DNA of 64,000 nt. Source: Candidatus Latescibacterota bacterium. Lineage in GTDB: Bacteria; Latescibacterota; UBA2968. The position numbers were made by a program, and so were the translations under genes. Below, in pieces: positions 53,822 to 63,841 of this stretch. Location: positions 8,000,001 through 8,064,000 of the forward strand of contig OZ240241.1 of NCBI GenBank assembly GCA_965198115.1, read 5' to 3'. The number at the start of each line of letters is the position of its first letter. Position 1 is the stretch's first letter. A model generated the notes under the pieces. That model saw only the letters and a program-made list of their open reading frames with translations. It did not search any database and was not told the DNA's origin.

Positions 53822-53880
53822 TGTTTGGCTAATCAAACATCTGGTGACTGAACAATACCGCACCCTTTGGACCGTGTCAA
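53822..53880 (-). promoter_or_regulatory. feoAB promoter plus palindromic operator
   Basis: TTGACA-17-TATTGT (53880-53852); TGTTTGGCTAATCAAACA at 53822-53839. Confidence 0.85.
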
Positions 53881-53894
53881 CAAGAATGTGGTCC

Positions 53895-54374
53895 TTATCC
53901 GAGATCCCGGTCGACCAGAAACAGACCGTATTTGTCGTCGCCCACGAGCTTTAGCTTTTGAACGATGTCTCCAACGTGCGCCTCTTCCTCGACCTGGCGT
54001 TCCACAAACCATCTTAAAAAGTTGTCCGTCGCGTGGTCGCGCTCCGCTAGGGCCACATCAACGAGGTCATTGATCATTCCGCTAGCCCGTTGCTCCTCTT
54101 CATAAGAATCCAGGATCGCGACAATCGGAGACTCCCACCTGTCCGGGGGTTCGGAGATCAGATGGAGACCCACCTTGCACCCGCGTTCGTGAATGAAATC
54201 GTAGATGCGGAGCGCGTGACCTCGTTCTTCCTGGTACTGGCTCCGTGCCCACTTGGCAAAGCCGTTCAGGTTCTCCACCCGAAAGTAGGACTCCATCGCG
54301 AGGTAATGATACGCGGAGTGAAACTCGTGGTTCATCTGGGTGTTCAGTGCATCCAGAACCTTCTCGTTGATCAT
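53895..54374 (-). CDS. ftnA: Non-heme ferritin, paralogue 1
   Basis: LN.QMNHE..SAY.Y, EERGHA and FLRWFVERQVEEE motifs. Confidence 0.92.
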   Translation of the reverse strand: MINEKVLDALNTQMNHEFHSAYHYLAMESYFRVENLNGFAKWARSQYQEERGHALRIYDFIHERGCKVGLHLISEPPDRWESPIVAILDSYEEEQRASGMINDLVDVALAERDHATDNFLRWFVERQVEEEAHVGDIVQKLKLVGDDKYGLFLVDRDLG

Positions 54375-54553
54375 TTCGACCCCCAGAACTCCGTGGTCAA
54401 ACGTTTACCCGCTCAGCGAAAGTGTAGGGACCGAAGACAGAAGGTCAAGGAAAAAGTCGTCTTCACCAGCCGGCGAAACGGTTTTGTCCCTCGTAACGTT
54501 TTGTGTATACTGGAACCTCTTGCGCTCCAGTATTTAGTACGATGGAGAAGATC

Positions 54554-55081
54554 ATGATCTCCGACAGAATGTTGCAGGCCCTGAACGATCATCTGAACAT
54601 CGAATTCCAGGCGGCCTACTATTATCTGGCTATGTCTGCCTTTTTCCTGCGGAAGGATTTCAACGGCTTCGCACAATGGATGCGCGCGCAGCACGGCGAG
54701 GAAATGGTCCACGCCATGAAGTTCTACGACTTCATCGACGATCGGGACGGCGCGATCGAGATGAAGCCGATTCAGGGCGAAGAAACGGCCTGGGACAGCC
54801 CCCTCCACGCCTTCGAAAGCGCGCTGGCTCGCGAGCGAGACGTCACTTCTAAAATTTACGATCTGGTGGACCTGAGTCACGAACTACGCGATCACGCCTC
54901 GAACACGTTTCTCCAATGGTTCGTGACCGAGCAGGTCGAAGAAGAGGCCACGGCCACGGACATCATCCAGCAGCTCAAGCTGATCGGTGACGACGGAAAT
55001 GGGCTCTTTATGCTCGATCGGGAACTGGGTCAAAGAAGCGGCGTCACCGCCGAAGACGAAGCTGGCGCACATCCGGCCTGA
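54554..55081 (+). CDS. ftnA: Non-heme ferritin, paralogue 2
   Basis: EFQAAYYY, EEMVHA and FLQWFVTEQVEEE motifs. Confidence 0.93.
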   Translation: MISDRMLQALNDHLNIEFQAAYYYLAMSAFFLRKDFNGFAQWMRAQHGEEMVHAMKFYDFIDDRDGAIEMKPIQGEETAWDSPLHAFESALARERDVTSKIYDLVDLSHELRDHASNTFLQWFVTEQVEEEATATDIIQQLKLIGDDGNGLFMLDRELGQRSGVTAEDEAGAHPA

Positions 55082-55187
55082 GCGTACGAGGGTCAGTATC
55101 AGAAGAGCTATCCCATGCGCCGACCATGAGAGCTTGTTACTAAACAGCATGGATCTAGCCTAAATGCAGTCTTTACAAGATGATTTG

Positions 55188-55216
55188 TTGACAAAGCCAC
55201 ACTGCGGTATTATCTT
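55188..55216 (+). promoter_or_regulatory. Sigma70 promoter
   Basis: TTGACA-17-TATCTT. Confidence 0.65.
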
Positions 55217-55278
55217 GCTTAATATTCTCCATCGAAGCACCTGTCCCGTTCCCCACGGGAACCATTCCCCCGGCTAAC

Positions 55279-56261
55279 ATGTCAGACTTCAGCCGTGTCA
55301 TCGGCAAGAGCCCTGTAATCCAGGAACTCCTCGATCTTATTGAGCGCGTCACGAGGAATCCTGAGATTTCGGTCTTGATCTGCGGGGAAAGCCAGGACTT
55401 CTTTGCCGGTTCCTGGCCAGAACGATTCACGAGAACAGCGCGGTCGGCGACGAGTTGTTCGTCGAAGTCAACTGCGCCGTCATTCCCGAGCATCTGCTCG
55501 AGTCCGAGTTGTTCGGATACGAAAAGGGCGCCTACACCGGTGCCGATCGTCGAAAACGTGGACTTTTCGAGTTGGCCGACGGTGGCACACTCCTGCTCGA
55601 CGAGATCGGCTACATGAGCTTGGCGCTCCAGGCGAAGCTTCTCAAAGCGATCGAAGAAAAGACCTTTCGCCGCCTGGACCTGGGTGGCGAGCTCGAAGTC
55701 CAGGTCAAGGCACGCATCATCGCCAGCACGAACATCGACCTCGAAGCGGCAATGTCCGAGCAGAATTTTCGCGATGACCTTTACTATCGGCTGAATGAAA
55801 TCCAGATCACCTTACCGCCGCTACGGGAGCGTGGTGAGGACGTCATTCTCCTGGCGGAAAACTTCATAGAGGAATTCGCACGGACGTATAAACTCGGTCA
55901 ACGAACCCTGGCCGAGACGTCCAAGCAGCTGCTACGAGAATATCACTGGCCGGGTAACGTACGCGAGCTCCGGAACGCAATTAAACGTGCGATGATCATG
56001 CACGACGCAGAGACGCTGCAACCCGACATGGTGCCGGTCAGTATTCGCACCACGAATTCGTTGGCCACACAGCGTTGGAACAGCAATCAGCTCGTGATTG
56101 ACATACCCGACGACGGCGTTACCTTTGAGGAAGTCGAAAGACGCGTCATCGAGCACACGCTCAAGTCGACCGACTGGAACAAGAACAGATCAGCGAGGAT
56201 GCTGAAGATTTCCCGACCTCGCCTGCTTCGAAAGATCGAAAAATACGAACTTGAACCATAG
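55279..56261 (+). pseudogene. Sigma54-dependent activator (AAA+ plus Fis HTH, no sensor domain), disrupted
   Basis: ESELFG.EKGAYTGA, LLLDEI and WPGNVREL motifs; Walker A codons inverted at 55393-55413 with a +2 shift. Confidence 0.9.
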
Positions 56262-56579
56262 ACTCTGCTAAGGAGGTGAAAAGCAGCCGCGGCAGTCCGG
56301 TCCGGTTCCCCTACTCGACCTGCAAAATCTTCCAGACCCCACAACGTGTCCATCGCGACCCATCACATCCGCCCCCCACGGCGGGTGGGGTAGCAAAACC
56401 CTGCGACACGGCGGAAGAAGCGAATTCCTCTTAGAATCCCCGTTGGACCCCATTGTTCTGAGCAACTCCCCTCAGACGTGATAGTGAAGTCGATTCGGGA
56501 CCTCGCAGGAGACTCCGGTTTCGGATCGTGCAGATGACCATTGAAGTCGCTTGTTCTACAGCGACTCGGGGGGAAACGA

Positions 56580-57461
56580 ATGCCGTCCACCGTATTGCGT
56601 GGAAAGGATGAGCCCAAGACACCGGGCAGACGACGTTCTGCGCTGGAACTCTATCTCAAAGACATCGCCTACAACACCCTGTTGACACCCCAACAGGAAT
56701 TCGACCTGGCGGTTCGAATACGGGCGGGAGATCGCAAAAGTCTCGACAAAATGGTCGAGTCGAACTTGCGATTTGTGATCACGATCTCCAAAGAATACCA
56801 GGGAAGGGGGCTCCTTCTGGAGGACCTGATCGCCGAGGGGAACGTCGGACTCGTCCGGGCCGCCACCCGCTACGACGAAACCGTCGGCGTCAAGTTCACC
56901 ACCTATGCCGTTTGGTGGATTCGCCAGGGGATCCTTTCCGCTCTCGCGGAAAAGGCACGGATGGTCCGCCTGCCCGTGAACAAGATCAAACACCTCTGTC
57001 GCCTGGAGAGAATCGCGTCGGGTCTCAAACAGGAGCTCGGCCGGGAGCCCACGACCGATGAGGTGGCCAAATCGGCCGAGATGCAGCCTCAACAGATCCA
57101 GGATCTTCTCGACGCCTCGCGCTGGCACGTCTCACTCGATACACCACTCGAAGACGGGCCCGACACGTCTCTGCTCGAAATCATCGAAGATAAAGACGCC
57201 GTCACACCCGAACACGTCGTCATGCACCAGGCCATGGTCGACGAAGTGCGCTCCGCGCTCGAGTCGCTGTCCCCCAGGGAGGCGCAGATCTTGAAGCTTT
57301 ACTTCGGTCTGGACACCGAAGACCCCCTGACGCTCGAGCAGATCGGCAACCAGTTCAGCCTGACCAAGGAGCGTGTGCGTCAGATCCGTGACAAGGCACT
57401 GGCGGCGCTGAAGCACCCCTCTCGAATGCGCAAGATTCGAGTCTACCTGATGGAAAACTGA
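56580..57461 (+). CDS. RpoD/SigA-family alternative sigma factor (lacks region 1.1)
   Basis: YLKDI, NLRFV, DLIAEGNVGL, KFTTYAVWWIRQ and ERVRQI motifs. Confidence 0.93.
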   Translation: MPSTVLRGKDEPKTPGRRRSALELYLKDIAYNTLLTPQQEFDLAVRIRAGDRKSLDKMVESNLRFVITISKEYQGRGLLLEDLIAEGNVGLVRAATRYDETVGVKFTTYAVWWIRQGILSALAEKARMVRLPVNKIKHLCRLERIASGLKQELGREPTTDEVAKSAEMQPQQIQDLLDASRWHVSLDTPLEDGPDTSLLEIIEDKDAVTPEHVVMHQAMVDEVRSALESLSPREAQILKLYFGLDTEDPLTLEQIGNQFSLTKERVRQIRDKALAALKHPSRMRKIRVYLMEN

Positions 57462-57474
57462 GCGGAGCAGAGAC

Positions 57475-57843
57475 GTGTCCTTCGAAGTCCTCGGAATCCA
57501 TCACACCACCCTCGTCGTGTCCGACCTCGATGCGGCGCGCACCTTTTATCGTGACGTGCTGGGCCTGTCGACGATCGATCGACCGGACTATGACTTCGAA
57601 GGCGCGTGGTTCCGGTGCGGCGACATCGAGTTTCATCTGATCGTGGCCGAAGAACACCTCGCGCCATCCAGACGCCACCTCGCCCTCTCCGTCGACGACT
57701 TCGACGGCTGTCTGCAACATCTTCAACGGAACGAGGTGCGACTCGTGGGTGGGCCCGGTACTCGACCCCACAGCGGGCGCTCGTTCGCGTTTTGCAAGGA
57801 CCCGGGTGGCAACCTGATAGAGATCACCGGACCACCCGCCTGA
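57475..57843 (+). CDS. VOC/glyoxalase family protein
   Basis: IHHT.L.VSDL..AR.FY, HLAL and DPGGNLIEI motifs. Confidence 0.9.
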   Translation: MSFEVLGIHHTTLVVSDLDAARTFYRDVLGLSTIDRPDYDFEGAWFRCGDIEFHLIVAEEHLAPSRRHLALSVDDFDGCLQHLQRNEVRLVGGPGTRPHSGRSFAFCKDPGGNLIEITGPPA

Positions 57844-57858
57844 GGGGTCGGACCACGT

Positions 57859-57902
57859 CACAGTAAAGGGGTCGCGGCAGTGTCGCGACCCCCTTTACTG
57901 TG
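57859..57902. terminator. Long hairpin between convergent genes
   Basis: CACAGTAAAGGGGTCGCG-loop-CGCGACCCCCTTTACTGTG. Confidence 0.75.
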
Positions 57903-58088
57903 TGCTATCCCTAGCCTGCTTGTTCTCCGAGCCAATGCTAAGCCTCGAGAAGCCTCTGGCCCAGAAGACGGGTGGGGACGAAGAGAACGGACGTGCCACA
58001 ACGGCTGTGACGGGCGCAACCGTCGACCTGAGGCTACCGACCTCTGCCTTCCGTAACCCTCTCGAGCACGGTTGCCGCGTCGATTAGG

Positions 58089-60926
58089 TCATTCAGCATC
58101 CCGGTCGGAAACCATATAGTGCTCGCGCTGATGCTCCAGCACAGAGGCCGTCACCGCAACGACCGTCGGCACATCTGACCCATACGTTTCCTGCAGGCGC
58201 TCGAGCGTCGACGGTCCGTCCAGTTCGGGCATCAGCATGTCCATGAAAATGATGTCGGGCATTCGATCGGTCACGCGTTCCAGGGCTTTGACCCCGTTTT
58301 CGGCCACTTCCACGTCCACCCCGACTTGCCTCAGGAATCTGGCAAGCAGCTCGCGGTTCGTTTCGACGTCATCCACGACGAGGGCGTGCACCGTAGAGCC
58401 CGGCGCCAAGCGCTCCACTCGGGTCCAACTGGAAGTTTCATCGACTGCGACCGGATCTCGAGCCGGCTCAAAGGGAATCGTGAAGAAGAATCGGGCCCCC
58501 TCGCCCGGCTGCGATTCCAGCTGGATCCGGCCACCCATCAGCTCCACCTGCCGGCTGGCAATCGCTAAACCAAGGCCCGACCCTCCCTCACGAAGCCCCT
58601 CGCTGTCCTGCTGAAACGGTTCGAAGATCGAGACCTGCCTGTCCTGGGCAATACCTGGACCGGTGTCGGAGATGTCGAAAGTGACCTGCCCTTCTTCGAG
58701 AGATGTGACGCGAAGTAAGACTCCACCTTCAACCGTAAATTTGACCGCATTCCCCAGCAGGTTGATCAGCACCTGTCTCAGCTTCCCCTCGTCGCCGTGG
58801 ACGGCCAGGGTTTCGATCTGACTCTCGAAGCACCACGTCAGGTCCTTCTGCGCGCAGCGAACCGCGAACATCGATTCGGTGCTCTGAAGGATCGCCCCCA
58901 GATCGAAGTCGGCGAGGCGCAACACCTCCCGCCCGGCTTCGATCTTCGAAATGTCCAGGATGTCATTGATCAGCGTAAGAAGGTGGTTGCCGCTGTTCTC
59001 GATCGTGACGATCGCTCTCCGCTGCGAATCGCTGACGTCTGGGTCTCCTTCCAGGATCTGCGCGTAGCCGAGGATCGCGTTCAAAGGTGTGCGGATTTCG
59101 TGTGACATGCTCGCCAGGAAGACGCTCTTGGCGTTGTTCGCCTCCTCCGCAGACACCCTTGCCTCCTTCAGCGCCTCTTCGAATCGTTTTCGCTCTGTGA
59201 TATCTCGAAACGTGCCGACGTAGAAATCGTTCTCACCCGTCTCCGCGTGGGTGAGCGACACCTCCATCGGAAACGTCGTGCCATCTTCTCTCCGCCCCAC
59301 CGTCTCACGATGCCCCTCGTGTAGGATGATGTCCGGGATGGTCGATGATCCGGTCCCGTGCCCGTCGAAAAGCATCGTCACGGGCTGACTGACCAGTCGG
59401 TCCTGACTGTAACCGAAAATCAGCTCAGCCGCAGGATTCAGACTCAGGACGGAGAACGTGTCTTTCGCGAAAGTGATCACGCCGTCCATCGCACTGCGAA
59501 CGGTGGCCTCCGTCCTCGCCGTGGCCCGCTCCAGTGCTTCCATCACGGCGTTGTAGCGGTTCGCAATCTGTCCAACTTCCGTAAAGGGTTCGACGGGCAC
59601 GCGCAGATCGAGTTCACCCGTTCGCGACTGATGTTCCATGACCCTGAAGAGGTCGATCAACTCGGTCGTCGCACCGTGTTCGGAGATGTTCAGTCCGTCC
59701 GTCTCCTGTTCGGGCGTCACGCGAAGGGGGGAGAGACGATCGACCAGTCGGAGTACGATGGTGGTCACGCCGAACGCCCACGCACCGCAGACGAGCACCC
59801 CCTCGACCTGCGCCTGAAGCTGCTCCATCAGACCGAGGTTCGTTCCCAGGCGGTCCAGGTCACCGAACAACGCGACGGCGATCGTCCCCCAGATACCAGC
59901 CGCCAAGTGGACGGGAACGGCCCCTACAGCGTCGTCGATCCGGCATCGTTCCAGCAGAACTTCCGCCCCCACCATCACGACACCGCCCACGACGCCGATG
60001 ATCACGGCAGACGGAGTCGAAACCGCGAGAGCACCTGCCGTGATCGCGACGAGTCCCGCCAGCGAACCGTTCAGGATCGAACCCACATCTGCTCGGCCCC
60101 GTCTCAACCACCCCAACCCCATCGCAGCCACGAGCCCCGCACCTCCCGCGAACACCGTGTTGGCGATTACCCCCGGCACGTCTTCGTTCATCGCCAGCGT
60201 GCTGCCACCGTTGAATCCGAACCATCCGAGCCATAGGAGGACCACTCCTAGCGCTGCCGTCGGAAGGTTGGCACCCGGTACCTGACGGGAAGAACCGTCG
60301 TCGGAGAAGCGGCCGGTGCGCGGTCCGATGATCAGCAGGATCGCAAGGGAACACTAGCCGCCCACGCTGTGGACCACCGTCGACCCGGCAAAGTCGAAGA
60401 ACCCACGATGTGCGAGCCACCCGGTTGCCGAAGCGGTCTGGACACCATTCCAGGCCCAGTGCCCGAAAACCGGGTAGACGATGCCCGAAACGACCGCCGC
60501 GACGACAAGGTAGCTGGCAAACCGCATCCGCTCCGCCACTGCACCCGAAACGATCGTTACAGCCGTTCCGCAGAACATCGCCCCGAACAACAGAAAGGCC
60601 GCGGTCCATCCGTTTTCGCCACCGAGGTTCGGGACGAAACTGGAAGTTCCGATCCATCCCGCGCTCGAGGCACCGAACATCAGGCCGTATCCCAGTGCCC
60701 AGTAGAGAACGACCGACATCCCAAGATCGGCAAGGTTCTTCACAGCAACGCTGATGTTGTTCTTGCTGCGAGTCAGACCAGTTTCAAGACAGAGGAATCC
60801 CCCCTGCATCAGGAAGACGAACCCCGCGCAGACCGAGACCCAGAGAATGTCGACCAGCGATTTTTCCACCTGCTTAACCTCAGCTAAGTCTTTATATCGT
60901 TCGTCCTGCTTTGCATTCAGGTCCAA
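58089..60926 (-). pseudogene. Amt-PAS-histidine kinase-receiver hybrid, disrupted
   Basis: Amt motifs (DFAGSTVVH, WFGFNGGS, DDAVGAVPVH), PAS, SHEIRTPLN, N/G boxes, REC. In-frame TAG at 60354-56; receiver ends without its Lys-Pro strand. Confidence 0.9.
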
Positions 60927-61012
60927 CGAGCCTAAAGGTCCGGAAAGCGAACAGACCCTGCAAATGCATATTCCAACAGACTTCGCTCATCTCATTTCCC
61001 ACGGGTACAAGA

Positions 61013-61046
61013 GAAGGGGGTCGCGAATGAATCGCGACCCCTCTTC
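61013..61046 (-). terminator. Hairpin downstream of gcvPB
   Basis: GAAGGGGGTCGCGA-atgaa-TCGCGACCCCTCTTC. Confidence 0.7.
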
Positions 61047-61064
61047 ACGTGCTCGCCACGATCG

Positions 61065-62504
61065 TCAATCGCCGGGTCTCCACCTCAACACAGGCTTTCT
61101 TGCCGCCGTCGCCTCGTCCAATCGGCGAACCGGCGTCTCGTGAGGCGCCTCCTTCAAAAGCGTCGCGTCCTCTGACGCCTCCTTCGCGATCTTCGTCATC
61201 GCCTCCACGAACACGTCCAGTTGCTCCAGACTCTCCGTTTCCGTCGGCTCGATCAGGAGAGCCTCAGGACAGACCTTCGGCAGCGGGAAATAGATCGTCG
61301 GTGGGTGGATGCCGTAATCGATCAGCCGCTTGGCAACGTCGAGCGCCCCAACACCGTGCGACTTTTTCAACGCGGCTGCTGACAGCACACCCTCGTGCAT
61401 GGGTTGCGATGACTTTGGACGCTCGAAGGTCTTCTCCAAACGACTCACGATGTAATTGGCATTGAGGACCGCCATCTCGCTCGTCTTCCGCATCCCCTCC
61501 GCCCCGAGCATCGACGCGTAGACGTGGGCCCGAATTACCATGCCGAAGTTACCGTAGAACGAGCTCACCTTTCCGATCGACTTCGGCCGGTCGAACTCGA
61601 GGCGGAACGTGTCCCCCTCTCTTACGACCGCAGGAACGGGCAGGAACGGTAACAGGTGTTCCTTCACTCCCACCGGGCCCGAACCGGGTCCCCCCCCTCC
61701 GTGCGGGGTCGTGAACGTTTTGTGGAGATTGATGTGAACGACGTCGAATCCCATGTCGCCCGGCCTGCATTGACCGAGAAACGCGTTCAGGTTCGCTCCG
61801 TCGTAGTAAAGCAACCCACCTCCGTCGTGCACGATCTCGGCGATCTCCAGAATCTCGTCCTCGAACACACCAAAGGTGTTCGGATTCGTCAGCATCAGGC
61901 CCGCAACCTGATCGGACATCTTCGTCTTCAGGTCTTCCACGTCGACCGTGCCCCGGTCCGTGGACTTGATCTCCTCCACGCGATACCCGCACATCGCCGC
62001 CGTGGCCGGATTCGTTCCGTGGGCCGAATCCGGAATCAACACCACCTGCTTCTGCTGGCCGCAAGAGCGATGATACGCCTCGATCACCGAGATCCCGACA
62101 AACTCACCCTGAGCGCCGGCTGCCGGTTGGAAGGTGAAGCCATCCATGCCGCTGACCGCCATTAACACCTGCTCCATCTCCCAAATCATCGACAAAGCGG
62201 GCTGGCAGTCTTCGATCATCGGGTGCAAACCGGCGAGCGCACCCACACGGGCCGCACGTTCGTGCACCTTCGGGTTGTATTTCATCGTGCACGACCCGAG
62301 CGGATAGAAATGCGTGTCGATGCTGAAGTTCAGGTGGGAAAGCGCGGTGTAATGACGAACCAACTCCAGCTCGCTCACCTCGGGCAGCCTGGGCGCCGTC
62401 GTTCGGAGCATCGCCTTGGGAACGCCCTTCGCCTTGGCGCTCGGATAGCGCATACATCGACGGCCCGGTTTGCCACGTTCGAAAACCAGCAAGGCTTCGC
62501 TCAC
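61065..62504 (-). CDS. gcvPB: Glycine dehydrogenase subunit 2
   Basis: YPLGSCTMKYNP, HGTNPAT and NLHKTF.TPHGGGGPG motifs. Confidence 0.97.
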   Translation of the reverse strand: MSEALLVFERGKPGRRCMRYPSAKAKGVPKAMLRTTAPRLPEVSELELVRHYTALSHLNFSIDTHFYPLGSCTMKYNPKVHERAARVGALAGLHPMIEDCQPALSMIWEMEQVLMAVSGMDGFTFQPAAGAQGEFVGISVIEAYHRSCGQQKQVVLIPDSAHGTNPATAAMCGYRVEEIKSTDRGTVDVEDLKTKMSDQVAGLMLTNPNTFGVFEDEILEIAEIVHDGGGLLYYDGANLNAFLGQCRPGDMGFDVVHINLHKTFTTPHGGGGPGSGPVGVKEHLLPFLPVPAVVREGDTFRLEFDRPKSIGKVSSFYGNFGMVIRAHVYASMLGAEGMRKTSEMAVLNANYIVSRLEKTFERPKSSQPMHEGVLSAAALKKSHGVGALDVAKRLIDYGIHPPTIYFPLPKVCPEALLIEPTETESLEQLDVFVEAMTKIAKEASEDATLLKEAPHETPVRRLDEATAARKPVLRWRPGD

Positions 62505-63841
62505 AGGACCTCCTTCCAGGCCGACAACAAACGATCGATCTCCTCTCCCGTACGCTTTTCGGTCACGCACGTCAGGATGTGCCTGTCCAGCTCAGGATAG
62601 AACCGTCCCAGATCGACGCCTCCCGCAATGCCTTTGTCCTCCAGAACATCGAGGACCTTACGCGCCGGGCGATCGCACCTCACGACGAATTCGTTGAAGA
62701 AGGGTCCGTCGAAGGCCGCTTCCACCCCGTCGATCGCAGCCAGGGCGTCCGCGGCTTCGTGGCTGCGCGCCCAGTTCAACGCGGCGGCTTCGCCGAGCCC
62801 TTCAGGCCCTAGCGCCGATAGGAAAACCGTCACCGCAGTCGCGCAGAGCGTCTGGTTCGTGCAGATGTTCGACGTCGCCTTCTCCCGTCGAATGTCCTGT
62901 TCGCGCGTCTTCAACGTCAGCACGTAGCCTCGTTTGCCATCCACGTCCGTCGTCTGCCCGACGATTCGTCCCGGCATCTTCCGAACGTGTGCTTCTCGAG
63001 TTGCGAAGAACCCCACGTAGGGCCCCCCGAAGCTCAACGGGAGCCCGAGTGGCTGACCGTCACCGACCACGATGTCGGCGCCAAAATCGCCTGGGGGCCG
63101 TATCAAGCCGAGCGACATCGGATTCACGCACGCGACGAAGCTGGCCGAACTCGCGCTTACCAGATCGCCGATCGCGTCGAGTGGTTCCAGAATGCCGAGA
63201 AAATTGGGATTCTGAACAACCACAGCTGTCGTTTCATCATCGAGCTCCTCACGCAACCGATCGAGATTCACCGCACCCGATGCCGTCCACGGAATGTCGA
63301 CCAGCTCCAGACCGATCCCTCTCGCGTAAGATTCGACCACCCTTCGGTAATAGGGGTGTATGCTCCGGGGCAACAACACCCGTTTCGCATCCCGTATGCG
63401 GGCGGCCATCATCACCGCCTCGGCTAAAGCCGACGACCCGTCATACATGGATGCGTTGGCGATCTCCATACCCGTCAGCTCGCACATCATTGTTTGGAAT
63501 TCGAAGATCGCGCGTAGCGTGCCCTGGCTGACTTCCGGCTGGTAGGGCGTGTAGGCGGTGAAGAACTCTCCCCTCGAGATGATCGCGTCCACAACGCTCG
63601 GCGAAAAGTGATCGTAAGCCCCAGCGCCGATAAAGCACAGGTCGGGACCGTCCTTTTCGATCTTGTGGGCCATCCTGTCGAGTCGCGCCATCGCTTCCAT
63701 CTCGCTCAGCCCCTTCGGAAGATCGAGGCCCTGCAATCTCAGCGACTCCGGAATCGGATCGAACAGCGCGTCGACAGTCGGAACACCGATCGTCTCGAGC
63801 ATCTGTGCGACGTCTGACTCGGTATGCGGTGTGTAGTTCAT
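62501..63841 (-). CDS. gcvPA: Glycine dehydrogenase subunit 1
   Basis: TAYTPYQPE.SQG, NASMYDG and REQ.IRREKATSNICTN motifs. Confidence 0.97.
   Translation of the reverse strand: MNYTPHTESDVAQMLETIGVPTVDALFDPIPESLRLQGLDLPKGLSEMEAMARLDRMAHKIEKDGPDLCFIGAGAYDHFSPSVVDAIISRGEFFTAYTPYQPEVSQGTLRAIFEFQTMMCELTGMEIANASMYDGSSALAEAVMMAARIRDAKRVLLPRSIHPYYRRVVESYARGIGLELVDIPWTASGAVNLDRLREELDDETTAVVVQNPNFLGILEPLDAIGDLVSASSASFVACVNPMSLGLIRPPGDFGADIVVGDGQPLGLPLSFGGPYVGFFATREAHVRKMPGRIVGQTTDVDGKRGYVLTLKTREQDIRREKATSNICTNQTLCATAVTVFLSALGPEGLGEAAALNWARSHEAADALAAIDGVEAAFDGPFFNEFVVRCDRPARKVLDVLEDKGIAGGVDLGRFYPELDRHILTCVTEKRTGEEIDRLLSAWKEVL

Noticed and set aside
55391-55417. Recombinase-driven phase-variable invertible switch
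   Set aside because: Arms are only 7 bp, and re-inverting the loop still leaves a +2 frameshift.
56262-56579. Sigma54 promoter or small RNA upstream of the sigma factor gene
   Set aside because: No convincing -24/-12 TGGCAC-N5-TTGC match or recognisable RNA family; the AAGGAGGTG has no adjacent start codon.
34568-60356. Genome-wide TAG/TGA reassignment
   Set aside because: Many intact genes here end at TAG or TGA at family-appropriate positions, and TGG is used normally.
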